Shown here: in pieces, positions 42,897-52,944 of the stretch
How the letters are laid out: each line of letters starts with the position of its first letter
Position numbering within the stretch: the first letter of the stretch is position 1
Assembly: GCA_963758635.1 (NCBI GenBank)
Contig: CAVWWD010000008.1
Coordinates: 192,001-256,000, forward strand
DNA length: 64,000 bases
Direction of reading: 5' to 3'
From: an uncultured Candidatus Rokubacteria bacterium
GTDB taxonomy: Bacteria; Methylomirabilota; Methylomirabilia; Rokubacteriales; CSP1-6
Program-made: the position numbers and the translations under genes
Notes under the pieces: generated by a model
Database searches by the model: none
What the model was told of the DNA's origin: nothing
What the model saw: the letters and a program-made list of their open reading frames with translations, nothing else

Positions 42897-43930
42897 CGCC
42901 GCCCGCTCTCCCGCTCCTCTACACCCACGTCATGGGCAGCCACGGCTTCCCCGGATGGTTCTGGACCGCGCTCGACAAGATCAAGGCCGGCGAGTACGGG
43001 CAGACGGACGTCCGCGAGACCTTCGACGACGCGACCCAGCTCGCCATCCGCGACCAGGAGCGGGCCGGCATCGACGTCATCTGCGACGGCGAGATGCGCC
43101 GGTTCTTCTTCGTGCAGTCCTTCTACGCGAAGATGGACGGCCTCGAGCCCCTCGAGCCCCTGCGCAAGACCGGGCTCTACGCCTATGACAGCGTGCCCCG
43201 CTATCGCCCGACGCGGAAGATCACCGTGCCGCGCGGGCTCGGCACCGTCGAGGAGTTCCAGTACCTCAAGACGCAGACCGACCGGCCGGTGAAGGCCACG
43301 TGCCCGGGCCCGGTGACGCTGTCCATCCACGTCCAGACGCGGCCGGGCGACGCCTACGACAACGATCGGCTCGCCCTCTGCTGGGACATGGTGCCCGCGG
43401 TGAACGCCGAGCTCCGGGCCCTGGTGGCGGCCGGCGCGGACTGGATCCAGATCGACGAGCCGTCGGCGGCCATCGTCCCCGGGCAGGCGGCGGAGTACGT
43501 GAAGATGTTCAACGCCTGCGTGGAGGGCGTGGCGGCGAAGATCGGCTACCACGTGTGCTTCGGCAATCTCCTGTCGCGGCCGCGCGGCAAGCGCTCCTAC
43601 CGCTGGATGTTCCCCGCGCTCCTCGAGACCCGGTGCGACCAGTTCGTCTTCGAGTACGCGAACCGGGAGATGGCGGAGATCGAGATGTGGAGCGACGTGG
43701 GCGTCGACCGGGACATCGCCTGCGGGGTGGTCGACGTGAAGTCGTTCTACATGGAGATCGCCGGCGGAGGTGGCGGAGCGGGCCCGCCTCTGCCTCCGGC
43801 ACATCCCCGCCGAGCGGCTCTCGCTGATCCCCGACTGCGGTTTCTTCCCCGTGCCGCGGTGGGTCGCCTTCGAGAAGCTCAAGCGGCTGGCCGCGGGGGC
43901 CCAGCTCGCGCGCAGGGAACTGGGGGCTGA
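42893..43930 (+). CDS. Cobalamin-independent methionine synthase II family protein; frameshift near 43757
   Basis: DQERAGIDVICDGE, IQIDEP, HVCFGN, GVVDVK, PDCG. Confidence 0.88.
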   Translation: MTPPALPLLYTHVMGSHGFPGWFWTALDKIKAGEYGQTDVRETFDDATQLAIRDQERAGIDVICDGEMRRFFFVQSFYAKMDGLEPLEPLRKTGLYAYDSVPRYRPTRKITVPRGLGTVEEFQYLKTQTDRPVKATCPGPVTLSIHVQTRPGDAYDNDRLALCWDMVPAVNAELRALVAAGADWIQIDEPSAAIVPGQAAEYVKMFNACVEGVAAKIGYHVCFGNLLSRPRGKRSYRWMFPALLETRCDQFVFEYANREMAEIEMWSDVGVDRDIACGVVDVKSFYMEIAGGGGGAGPPLPPAHPRRAALADPRLRFLPRAAVGRLREAQAAGRGGPARAQGTGG

Positions 43931-43932
43931 CG

Positions 43933-44035
43933 CAGGACGAGGGAAGAGAATACGGCGCGCCGGCATTCGGCGTGTACGCGGAAGCGGGGTTAGTTGGCCC
44001 GCTCGCGGGCGTCAAAACCCGCATTCCTTCGCAAC
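43933..44035. repeat. MITE-like dispersed repeat (family B), copy 1
   Basis: Shares CGTGTACGCGGAAGCG and CGCATTCCTTC(G/A)CAAC with 45367-45456, and CCGCTCGC.GGCGTCAAAA with 63823-63919. Confidence 0.7.
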
Positions 44036-44053
44036 TCGACAAGGAGGTCATCA

Positions 44054-45328
44054 ATGGCGACGACCAGACGCGAGTTCCTCGGGATGGCAGGCGCGGCGGC
44101 GGGCGCGATGGCGCTGCCGCGGGCGGCCCGGGCCCAGGCCCGTCCCGGCGTGCCGTCCGACCCGGTCAAGATCGGCATCATCGCCATCCGCGCGGGCATC
44201 GCCGCGCCGGTCGGCGCCGCCGGTCTGCGCGGGACCGAGTGGTGGGTGGAGCGGGTCAACAAGGCCGGCGGCATCCTCGGACGCCAGGTCCAGCTGGTCG
44301 TCGAGGAGGAGTCCACGCCCAAGGACACCGTCGAGCGCTACCGGAAGCTCATCCTCCAGGACAAGGTCGAGGTCGTCATCGGCGGGATCTCCACCGGCGT
44401 GACCCTGGCGCTGGGCCCCGTCGCCGAGGAGATGGAGACGCCGTGGCTGTCCTGGGACGGCACCACCCAGAAGGGCGTCGAGGAGACGATGCCCAGCCCG
44501 AAGTGGGCCTTCAAGAGCGTGGACAACGAGGTCGAGGCCATCGTCGCCGGGCAGCTCACCCCGAAGTACTTCAAGGGCGTCCAGACCATCGCCGGCATCA
44601 ACAACGACTACTCCTACGGCCACGACTGCTGGGAGACCTACCAGGCCGTCCTCAAGAAGATGGGCATGAACGTCAAGCCGGTGCTCGAGCTCTTCCCCAA
44701 GCTCGGCGTGACGGACTTCACGACCCACATCGCCGCCATCCAGCAGGCCAAGCCCGACCTCCTGATGTGCTCGTTCTGGTCGGGCGACGCGACGATCCTC
44801 ATGAAGCAGGCCGCCGCGGTGGGGCTCTTCAAGACCATGAAGGGGGTCTTCACCACGGCGGGGGGCGTGCACGACTCCCTCAAGAAGGAGTTCACGCCGG
44901 AGGGGCTCCTGCTCGGCTACAACACCATGTACTTCGACGACCCGAAGGGCTCGCCGCTCCTCAAGCAGTTCGTGCGCGAGTACAAGGCGAAGTACAACGA
45001 ATACCCGCCCTACGAGTGCGACCACGCGTACTTCAACATCGAGTCCTACAAGGCCGCGGTGGAGCGCGCGTACGCGCAGACGAAGCAGTGGCCGACCAAG
45101 GCGCAGGTGGTCAAGGCCCTCGAGGGCATCGAGGCGACCTCGCTGTCCGGCACGCGGTCGTGGCGCGCCGACCACGTGCAGATGTGCAGCTTCTACCAGG
45201 GCCTCACCACCCACAAGAACAGCTACGACTTCGTCACCATCAGCCCCATCGAGGTCGTCTCCACCAGGACGGCGATGAAGCCGGCGGGCTCGAAGCTCCT
45301 CGACTGGATCAACGGCTGGAAGGTCTGA
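44054..45328 (+). CDS. Branched-chain amino acid-type ABC substrate-binding protein, Tat-exported
   Basis: TRREFL Tat motif, AGGAGG RBS, VNKAGGILGR. Confidence 0.92.
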   Translation: MATTRREFLGMAGAAAGAMALPRAARAQARPGVPSDPVKIGIIAIRAGIAAPVGAAGLRGTEWWVERVNKAGGILGRQVQLVVEEESTPKDTVERYRKLILQDKVEVVIGGISTGVTLALGPVAEEMETPWLSWDGTTQKGVEETMPSPKWAFKSVDNEVEAIVAGQLTPKYFKGVQTIAGINNDYSYGHDCWETYQAVLKKMGMNVKPVLELFPKLGVTDFTTHIAAIQQAKPDLLMCSFWSGDATILMKQAAAVGLFKTMKGVFTTAGGVHDSLKKEFTPEGLLLGYNTMYFDDPKGSPLLKQFVREYKAKYNEYPPYECDHAYFNIESYKAAVERAYAQTKQWPTKAQVVKALEGIEATSLSGTRSWRADHVQMCSFYQGLTTHKNSYDFVTISPIEVVSTRTAMKPAGSKLLDWINGWKV

Positions 45329-45366
45329 TCGACCTCCCCCCGGCCCGCCCCCGCGCTCGGCCCGGA

Positions 45367-45456
45367 GTCGTGAATGAATGGCGAGACGCCGCCGCGCGTG
45401 TACGCGGAAGCGCGGTGTTGCCCCGCATGGCGGAGTCGACCGCATTCCTTCACAAC
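45367..45456. repeat. MITE-like dispersed repeat (family B), copy 2
   Basis: Terminal inverted repeats GTCGTGAATGAATG / CATTCCTTCACAAC (12/14 match). Confidence 0.75.
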
Positions 45457-45489
45457 CTGCCGGCGAGACGGGGGCGGGCGGCGCCCGTC

Positions 45490-46377
45490 GTGACCGCGAA
45501 CCTCGTCAACCTGCTGATGAGCGGCGTGTTCCACGCCGCCATCCTCTTCCTGGTCTCGGCCGGGCTGCAGGTCGTCTTCGGCGTCCAGAAGATCTTCAAC
45601 CTGGCGTGCGGCTCCTTCTACGCCCTGGGCGCGTACACGGGAGCCTCGGCGGTGGCGTTCTTCATCGGGCACGGCGGGCCGCCCGCCCTCTTCGTCCTGC
45701 CTCTCGTCGCGGGCGGGCTCGTGGTGGGGCTGGTGGGCGTGCTCGTCGAGCGCGGGCTGCTGCGCTTCGTCTACGACCGTGACGAGACCTTCCAGCTCCT
45801 GCTGACCTTCGCGCTCGTGCTGATGCTCGAGGACCTGATCCGCATGACGTGGGGCACGGCGCCCGTGTCGACGGGCGGGCTCTACCTGAGCTACGGGCAG
45901 GCGCGGATCCTCGGCGCGGCGGTGCCCGTGTACAACCTCCTCGTGATCGCCGCGAGCTTCGTGATCGCCCTCGCCGTGGGCTTCATGCTGACGCGGACGA
46001 CCTTCGGGCGCATCGTCCGCGCCGCGGCGGACAACCGAGAGATGGCGGAGGCCCTCGGCGTGGACATGCGACGGCTCTACGCGCGCGTTTTCACGCTCGG
46101 GACCATGCTCGGCACCCTCGGCGGCGCCCTCGTCATCCCGTCTACCGCGGCGATGAGCGAGATGGGGGTCGAGCTGATCGTCGAGGCGTTCGCCGTGGTG
46201 GTGATCGGCGGGCTCGGGAGCATGCGGGGGGCGTTCGTGGGCGCCCTCGTGGTCGGCCTGCTCCGCGCCCTGGCCATCTGGCTGTACCCGGAGCTCGAGA
46301 TGCTGCTGATCTACCTCATCGTGATCGGCGTGCTTCTCTGGCGCCCGCGCGGGCTCTTCGGGACGGCCGCCGCGTGA
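45490..46377 (+). CDS. Branched-chain ABC permease (LivH-like)
   Basis: Hydrophobic; RTTFGRIVRAAADNREMAEALG, VVIGGLGS. Confidence 0.9.
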   Translation: MTANLVNLLMSGVFHAAILFLVSAGLQVVFGVQKIFNLACGSFYALGAYTGASAVAFFIGHGGPPALFVLPLVAGGLVVGLVGVLVERGLLRFVYDRDETFQLLLTFALVLMLEDLIRMTWGTAPVSTGGLYLSYGQARILGAAVPVYNLLVIAASFVIALAVGFMLTRTTFGRIVRAAADNREMAEALGVDMRRLYARVFTLGTMLGTLGGALVIPSTAAMSEMGVELIVEAFAVVVIGGLGSMRGAFVGALVVGLLRALAIWLYPELEMLLIYLIVIGVLLWRPRGLFGTAAA

Positions 46378-47330
46378 GGACGACGGTTGTCCTGGCGCTG
46401 GTGGCGGTGGCCCTGCTCGCCATCCCCCTCGCGGCCCCCGCCTACTACGTGACGCTCATGCTGCCCTTCATGGCGTACGGGGTCGTGCTGCTCGGGCTGA
46501 ACCTCCTCTTCGGCTACACCGGGCTCGTCTCGTTCGGGCACGCGCTGTTCATCGGGGTCGGCGCCTACACGGGCGCCGTGCTGACCACGCACCTCGGGGT
46601 GCGGCAGATGGAGCTCATCCTGGCCGTCGCCGCGCTCGCCGCCGCGGTGGTGGCGGCGCCCGTGGGCGCCCTCTGCGTGCGCTACGTCAAGATCTACTTC
46701 GGCATGCTGACCCTCGCCTTCGGCATGGTCTTCTACACGTTCCTCCTGAAGTTCTACCGGCTGACCGGCGGCGACGAGGGCATGCGGATGCTCCGCCCCT
46801 GGCTCCTCGGCAGCGAGTGGTCCGGGCTCTCGAAGACCGCGTACCTGATCGGGCCCTACTACTACTTCTCGCTCGCCGTGCTGGCCCTCGCCACCGTCCT
46901 CATGTGGCGCGTCGTGCGCTCCCCCTTCGGCCTCTGCCTCCGGACCATCCGCGACAATCCGCTGAAGGCCGAGAGCCTCGGCCTCAGCGTGCCGCGCTAT
47001 CGCTGGTACGCGTTCATGATCTCCGCCGTCTACGCGGGGGTGGGCGGCGCGCTGCTCGCCACACCGACGGGCAACGTGGACCCCACGCTCGCGTACTGGA
47101 CGCACTCCGGGAACATCGTCTTCATGGTCCTGCTCGGCGGCTTCACATCCTTCTTCGGCCCGCTCCTCGGCGCGTTCGTCTTCATCTTCCTGCAGGACAC
47201 CGTCATGTCGGTGTTCCCGTACTGGCGGCTCGTCTTCGGGGCCGTGCTCGCCTTCATCGTGATCTTCGCTCCCGGCGGGCTGATGGGCCTCTTCGGCCGC
47301 CGGCGGGCCGCCGAGGCCTCGCGCGGGTGA
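46374..47330 (+). CDS. Branched-chain ABC permease (LivM-like)
   Basis: GYTGLVSFGH, TGGDEG, SPFG..IRDN. Confidence 0.9.
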   Translation: MRTTVVLALVAVALLAIPLAAPAYYVTLMLPFMAYGVVLLGLNLLFGYTGLVSFGHALFIGVGAYTGAVLTTHLGVRQMELILAVAALAAAVVAAPVGALCVRYVKIYFGMLTLAFGMVFYTFLLKFYRLTGGDEGMRMLRPWLLGSEWSGLSKTAYLIGPYYYFSLAVLALATVLMWRVVRSPFGLCLRTIRDNPLKAESLGLSVPRYRWYAFMISAVYAGVGGALLATPTGNVDPTLAYWTHSGNIVFMVLLGGFTSFFGPLLGAFVFIFLQDTVMSVFPYWRLVFGAVLAFIVIFAPGGLMGLFGRRRAAEASRG

Positions 47331-48094
47331 TCCTCGAGGCGCGGGACGTCCGCAAGCTCTACGGCGCTCACGTGGCGCTCGACGGCGTGAGCCTGTCCAT
47401 CGCGGAAGGCGAGTTCGTCTCGATCATCGGGCCGAACGGCGCCGGCAAGTCGACGCTGATCGGTGTGCTGACCGGCCTGCTCCGGCCGAGCGCCGGCAGC
47501 GTGCGCTTCAAGGGGAAGGACATCGCCGGCATCGGGACCGCCCCCCTCACGCGGCTGGGCATGGCCCGGAGCTTCCAGCTCGTCCAGATCTTCCCCGAGC
47601 TGACGGTGCTCGAGACGCTCCAGGCTGCGGTGGTCTCGCGGCTCGGCCGGGGCTGGCACATCCTCGCCGCCCTGGGCCGCGACCGCCAGGTCCGGGCGGA
47701 CGCCCTCAACGTCGCCGCGCTCTTCAACCTCGCCGACAAGGCTCATGTGCTCGCCCGGGCCCTGCCGCAGGGGGACAAGAAGCTGCTCGACGTGGCCGCG
47801 GCCTTCGCGCTGCGGCCGGAGATCATCCTCCTCGACGAGCCGACCAGCGGCGTGAGCACGGCGGACAAGCACGCGGTGATGGAGATCCTGGTGGGCGCGG
47901 CCCGGCAGATCGGGCTCTCCACGATCATCCAGGTCGAGCACGACATGGACATCGTGTTCGGGTACTCGGACCGGATCATCGCGCTCCATCAGGGCCGCGT
48001 GCTGGCCGACGCGACGCCGGCCGCGATCCAGGCGGACGCGCGGGTGGTGGACATGGTGATCGGCCGGGCGCGGCCCACTCCGGCGAGCGGGTAG
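47327..48094 (+). CDS. Branched-chain ABC ATPase (LivG-like)
   Basis: GPNGAGKS, LLDEP, VEHDM. Confidence 0.92.
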   Translation: MILEARDVRKLYGAHVALDGVSLSIAEGEFVSIIGPNGAGKSTLIGVLTGLLRPSAGSVRFKGKDIAGIGTAPLTRLGMARSFQLVQIFPELTVLETLQAAVVSRLGRGWHILAALGRDRQVRADALNVAALFNLADKAHVLARALPQGDKKLLDVAAAFALRPEIILLDEPTSGVSTADKHAVMEILVGAARQIGLSTIIQVEHDMDIVFGYSDRIIALHQGRVLADATPAAIQADARVVDMVIGRARPTPASG

Positions 48095-48096
48095 CC

Positions 48097-48807
48097 ATGC
48101 TCGAGGTGCGGGGGATCAACGTCTTCATCCAGGCGAGCCACATCCTCCGGAGGGTGTCGCTCGAGGTCCGCGAGCGCGAGGTCGTCTGCCTCGTGGGGCG
48201 CAACGGCGCGGGGAAGACCACGACGCTCCGGACGGTCATGGGCTACCACCGTCCGCGGGCCGGCGAGGTGCGCTTCAAGAACACGACGCTCTCCGGACGG
48301 CGGACCTTCGAGATCGCGCGGCTCGGGCTCGGCTTCTCCCCCGAGGAGGGGGCCATCTTCTCCGACCTGACGGTGGCGGAGAACATCGAGATCTCGACGT
48401 GGACGCGGCCGGAGGGACGGCCCGCCGCGGAGCGGCTCGCCCTCGCCTACGAGGTCTTTCCCGTGCTCCGGCGGTATGCGGCGCGCAAGGGCCCGGAGAT
48501 GTCGGGCGGCGAGAGGAAGATGCTCTCGATCGCGCGGGCCCTCGCCCTCGACCCCGAGCTCCTCCTGCTCGACGAGCCGTTCGAGGGGCTCTCGCCCGCC
48601 ATCCTCCCCACCGTCGCCGCGGGCATCGGCGAGATCACCCAGCGCGGGCACGCGATCCTCATCGCGGAGTCGAACATCCACCACGTGCCCGACTTCGCCA
48701 CGCGCCTCTACGTGATCGAGCGCGGCGAGATCATCTTCGCCGGCCCCCCCGACGAGGTCCGGCGGGACGCCGCCGTGCTCGGCGTCATCGGCGGGCACGC
48801 GGTCTAG
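48097..48807 (+). CDS. Branched-chain ABC ATPase (LivF-like)
   Basis: GRNGAGKT, MSGGE, LLDEPFEGL. Confidence 0.92.
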   Translation: MLEVRGINVFIQASHILRRVSLEVREREVVCLVGRNGAGKTTTLRTVMGYHRPRAGEVRFKNTTLSGRRTFEIARLGLGFSPEEGAIFSDLTVAENIEISTWTRPEGRPAAERLALAYEVFPVLRRYAARKGPEMSGGERKMLSIARALALDPELLLLDEPFEGLSPAILPTVAAGIGEITQRGHAILIAESNIHHVPDFATRLYVIERGEIIFAGPPDEVRRDAAVLGVIGGHAV

Positions 48808-48952
48808 CGCGGACTAGCCACGTCTAAAACGCCTGCTGCGCGACCGGGCGGGTGGCGCAGGGGTCCGCGCGCTTGACGGCTCCGCGTGGCGTTGCGTAAG
48901 GTCGGGCCAGCGCGCTCGACGACCGAGCGCCCGCCACGAGAGGAGACGGACC

Positions 48953-49855
48953 ATGGCCGACTGGACCGCGCCCACCCAGGACCGCGTCGAGGGCTACTTC
49001 AAGGAGCTCAACAACTGGGGCCGCTGGGGCGACGCCGACCAGCTCGGCACCGTCAACCTGATCACCGCGGCCAAGCGCGGACAGGCGCAGTCGCTGGTGA
49101 AGAGCGGGCGCACGGTGTCGCTCGCCCGCGACATCGGACCGCAGCCCGCCCTCATGTACCACGTCACCTACCCGTCGAACCGGGAGCGCGCCGACGTGGT
49201 GCTGGACCGCTTCGACCTCGTCTACCACGGCTACTCGATCACCCACATCGACGCCCTCTGCCACGTGGCGTGGGACGGTCAGCTCTACAACGGCCGGTCG
49301 TTCGCCCAGAGCCTGACCGTGGCGGGCGCCACGTGGTGCCCGATCGACCCGCTCTTCGGCGGCATCACGTCGCGGGGCGTGCTGCTCGACGTGGCCGCGG
49401 GGCGTCCGGAAGGGTTCGTCGCGGTGGGCAAGCCGGTGACGCCGCGCGAGCTCGACGCGGTGGCCCGGCGCGCCGGCGTCTCCGTGGGGGCGGGTGACGT
49501 CGTCGTGGTGCGGAGCGGCCAGGAGGCGTTCCAGCGCGCGAACCCGAACTGGGTCCCGCGGGTGTCGCCGCATCCCGGGCTTCACCTGTCCTGCCTCGAG
49601 TGGCTCCGGGAGCGCGACGTGGCCGCGATTGCGTGGGACATGATGGACGAGCGCCCCATCGGCTACGCGGGCTTCGGCATGGGCGCGCACCTCGCCATCC
49701 CGTTCCTCGGGCTTGCCCTCGTGGACAACACCTATCCCGAGCGCCTCGTCGCCGCGTGCGCCGAGGAGGGTCGCCACGAGTTCCTGTTCACCGCGACGCC
49801 GATCCGCCTGGTGGGGAGCACCGGCGCGCCCGCGAACCCGCTCGCGATCTTCTAG
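48953..49855 (+). CDS. Cyclase (kynurenine formamidase-like) family metal-dependent hydrolase
   Basis: NWGRWG..DQLG, HGYSITHIDALCH, GSTGAPANP. Confidence 0.9.
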   Translation: MADWTAPTQDRVEGYFKELNNWGRWGDADQLGTVNLITAAKRGQAQSLVKSGRTVSLARDIGPQPALMYHVTYPSNRERADVVLDRFDLVYHGYSITHIDALCHVAWDGQLYNGRSFAQSLTVAGATWCPIDPLFGGITSRGVLLDVAAGRPEGFVAVGKPVTPRELDAVARRAGVSVGAGDVVVVRSGQEAFQRANPNWVPRVSPHPGLHLSCLEWLRERDVAAIAWDMMDERPIGYAGFGMGAHLAIPFLGLALVDNTYPERLVAACAEEGRHEFLFTATPIRLVGSTGAPANPLAIF

Positions 49856-49938
49856 GGCGCGGCGGAGCGGCGTTCGCCCGCCCACGCCATGCCGGCCCAG
49901 CCCGAGGCACCGCGCTCGACACCGTGCGGGGAGGCGCG

Positions 49939-52125
49939 GTGAAGTTCCGCGCGTACCTCGCCGTGCTCGTCCTCGCCGGCGTCGTCCCGCTGGTGGGCCT
50001 CACCGTGATCGTCACCGCCACCCTGGCCCGGCAGCAGCGCGACGCGCTCGAGCGGGGCCGCGTCGAGACGGTGACCGCGCTCGCCACCGCCATCGAGAAC
50101 GAGCTCGCCGCGTCGGTGAAGTCGCTCCAGACCCTCGGGGCGTCCGAACGGCTGCAGCGCGGTGACCTGCCCGCGTTCCACGCCGAGGCGCAGCGCGTGC
50201 GCGGGCTGCACCCCTGGACGACGATCGGGCTCATCGACGCCTCGGGACAGCACGTGCTGAACGCGGCGCGCCCGCTCGGGACGCCGCTGCCCGACCTCCG
50301 GGACCGCGAGTACTTCAAGCAGGTGGTGGCCACCGGGCGCCCCTCCGTGTCCGAGCCGCTCCAGGGGCGGGCCACCGGCACCGTGGATGTCGTGATCGCC
50401 GTTCCCGTCACGGACGGCGGGCTGAAGTACGTCCTCTTCGCGGGGATGGAGCCGACCCGGCTCACCGAGCAGTTCGAGGCGCAGCGGCTGCCCCCGGATG
50501 TCGTGGCGTCCATCGTGACCCGAGCCGGTATGGTCGTGTCCCGCACCGACGCCCCGTCCGTCGGCGTCGGCCAGATGGCCGACGCCACGTACCTCGAGCG
50601 GATCCGGAGGGCGCAGGCGGGGACCTTCCGGCTCCCCTCGCCGGCCGGCGAGGTCGACGTGGCCTTCCGGCGGATCGCGCTGACGGGGTGGACGGTGGGG
50701 CTGGCCGCGCCGGCGCGGGTGCTGGACGCGCCGGGGCGGCGGGTCATGTGGGCGGGAGCGCTGGTGGGCGGCGGCATCGTTGCCCTGGCCCTGGCCCTCG
50801 CCGGCGTGTTCGCGCGCCGGATGCAGCGCGCCGTGGCCGAGATCGGCGAGGCCGCCTCCGCCCTCGGACGCGGGGAGCTCCGCGCCACGCCGCGCGAGCT
50901 GCCGATCGCCGAGCTGGAGTCGATGCGCCGCTCGCTGACCGAGGCCGCGCGCCTCCTGCGGGAGCGGGAGCGCCAGCGGGACGAGCTGCTGCAGATCGAG
51001 CAGGAGATGCGGGCGGCCGCGGAGACGGCGAACCGGGCGAAGGACGAGTTCCTCGCGATGCTGGGCCACGAGCTGCGCAACCCGCTGGGCGCGATCGCCA
51101 GCGCCACGGGCGTGCTCGGCGCCACCGGCGACCTGGATCCCGGCGCGGCGCGGGCCCGCGCGGTGATCGGGCGCCAGGTCCAGCACCTGTCGCGCCTCGT
51201 CGACGACCTCCTCGACGTGAGCCGCGTCACGACCGGCAAGGTCCGGCTGAGCCTCCAGCCCCTCGACCTCTCCCAGCTCGTCACGACCACGATGGCCTCG
51301 TGGCGCTCGGCGGGGCGGTTCGATCGGCACCGCGTCTCCGACGACGCCGCGGGCCCGGTGTGGGTCGAGGCGGACGAGACCCGCATGGAGCAGGTGCTCG
51401 GCAACCTCGTGGGCAACGCGCTCAAGTACACGCCGGCGGGCGGCGAGGTGCGCGTGAGGGTGACGCGGGACGGCGCCGCCGCCGTGCTCGAGGTGGCCGA
51501 CACGGGCCCGGGGATCCCGCCTGACCTCCTCGGCAAGGTGTTCGAGCCGTTCGTGCAGGGCGATCGCGGGCTCGACCGGACGCAGGGCGGGCTCGGCATC
51601 GGCCTCACGCTGGTCAAGGCCCTGGCCGGCCTGCACGGCGGCACCGCGGAGGCGAGGAGCGCGGGCGCGGGCAGCACGTTCGTCGTCCGCCTGCCGGCGG
51701 CCGCCGCGCCGCCCACCACCGCGCCGCCGGCGCCGGCGTCACCGCCGGCCGCGGATCCGCGCCGCCGCGTCCTCGTCGTCGAGGACAACGACGACGCGCG
51801 CGAGATGCTGCGCGTGCTGCTCACCCTCGCCGGGCACTCCGTGCACGAGGCCGGCGACGGCCGGACGGGGATCGCGGTGGCCGCCGAGACCGGTCCCGAG
51901 GTGGCGCTGATCGACGTGGGCCTGCCCGGCCTCGACGGCTACGAGGTGGCCCGGCGGATCCGCGCCACCCCCGGCGGCGCGTCGATGCGCCTCATCGCCA
52001 TCACCGGCTACGGTCAGAGCGACGATCGCCGGCGTGCCCTCGACGCCGGCTTCGACGCCCATCTCACCAAGCCCGTGCAGTCGGAACGCCTCCTCGCCGC
52101 CATCGCCGGTGGAAGTGCGAGGTGA
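49939..52125 (+). CDS. Hybrid sensor histidine kinase (Cache-like sensor, HisKA, HATPase, REC)
   Basis: Two TM segments, LGHELRNPL, NALKYT, DTGPG, GLGIGL, VVEDN, IDVGLPGLDG. Stop codon lies in the first 80-bp repeat unit. Confidence 0.93.
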   Translation: MKFRAYLAVLVLAGVVPLVGLTVIVTATLARQQRDALERGRVETVTALATAIENELAASVKSLQTLGASERLQRGDLPAFHAEAQRVRGLHPWTTIGLIDASGQHVLNAARPLGTPLPDLRDREYFKQVVATGRPSVSEPLQGRATGTVDVVIAVPVTDGGLKYVLFAGMEPTRLTEQFEAQRLPPDVVASIVTRAGMVVSRTDAPSVGVGQMADATYLERIRRAQAGTFRLPSPAGEVDVAFRRIALTGWTVGLAAPARVLDAPGRRVMWAGALVGGGIVALALALAGVFARRMQRAVAEIGEAASALGRGELRATPRELPIAELESMRRSLTEAARLLRERERQRDELLQIEQEMRAAAETANRAKDEFLAMLGHELRNPLGAIASATGVLGATGDLDPGAARARAVIGRQVQHLSRLVDDLLDVSRVTTGKVRLSLQPLDLSQLVTTTMASWRSAGRFDRHRVSDDAAGPVWVEADETRMEQVLGNLVGNALKYTPAGGEVRVRVTRDGAAAVLEVADTGPGIPPDLLGKVFEPFVQGDRGLDRTQGGLGIGLTLVKALAGLHGGTAEARSAGAGSTFVVRLPAAAAPPTTAPPAPASPPAADPRRRVLVVEDNDDAREMLRVLLTLAGHSVHEAGDGRTGIAVAAETGPEVALIDVGLPGLDGYEVARRIRATPGGASMRLIAITGYGQSDDRRRALDAGFDAHLTKPVQSERLLAAIAGGSAR

Positions 52126-52350
52126 GCCGAAGGCGAGCCGAGCGCATATGGAAATGCAGTGGAACGAACCGTGAACCAGAGAGTGCGGCCCGAAGTGCGA
52201 GGTGAGCCGAAGGCGAGCCGAGCGCATATGGAAATGCAGTGGAACGAACCGTGAACCAGAGAGTGCGGCCGGAAGTGCGAGGTGAGCCGAAGGCGAGCCG
52301 AGCGCATATGGAAATGCAGTGGAACGAACCGTGAACCAGAGAGTGCGGCC
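52111..52350. repeat. Tandem array of three 80-bp units (family C)
   Basis: Units at 52111, 52191 and 52271 are identical except for the first base. Confidence 0.97.
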
Positions 52351-52410
52351 TGAACCGCCCTCATCCCATCACGTCCACCGCGGAGCAGCGGCGCGGACAG
52401 GAGCCACGAC

Positions 52411-52944
52411 ATGCCGAGACCGATGCGACGGATCGTCACCGGACACGACGCGCAGGGCCGATCCATCTTCCTCATGGACGCTCCGTCGCCGCACGTCCTG
52501 GAGCTGCCGGGGATGCCCGGCCTGTCCCTGACCAATCTCTGGGTGACCGATGACAGCCCCGCCGACAACACGGGCGGCGCGGACGCCGCGGCGCGGCCCA
52601 TCGTGCTCGAGCCGCCGGCGCGCGGCAGCATCCTCCGCATCGTCGACTTCCCTCCGGACCGGGAGCTGATGGGGAAGATGGATCGGGACCGCGCGTTCGC
52701 CGCCATGGGCGCGCACGGCGCGATGGACCGGGACGCCTCGCGCCACCCCGGCATGCACAAGACCAGCACGGTGGACTACGCGCTGGTCCTCGACGGGGAG
52801 ATCTGGGCCCTCATGGACGAGGGCGAGCGGCGCCTCGAGGCGGGAGACTGCCTCGTCCAGCGCGGGACGAATCACGCGTGGAGCAACCGGAGCGACCGTC
52901 CGTGCCGCGTGGCCTTCATCCTGATCGGCGCGCGGCCCGCATGA
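52411..52944 (+). CDS. Cupin domain protein
   Basis: RRIVTGHD, MHKTSTVDY, VQRGTNHAWSN. Confidence 0.9.
   Translation: MPRPMRRIVTGHDAQGRSIFLMDAPSPHVLELPGMPGLSLTNLWVTDDSPADNTGGADAAARPIVLEPPARGSILRIVDFPPDRELMGKMDRDRAFAAMGAHGAMDRDASRHPGMHKTSTVDYALVLDGEIWALMDEGERRLEAGDCLVQRGTNHAWSNRSDRPCRVAFILIGARPA

Noticed and set aside
52148..52174. MEMQWNEP as a RiPP/PqqA-like precursor
   Set aside because: The WxxP resemblance is short, there is no core peptide or clear RBS, and no maturase or RRE gene is nearby.
52111..52350. CRISPR array
   Set aside because: The whole 80-bp unit repeats with no unique spacers, and there are no cas genes in the window.
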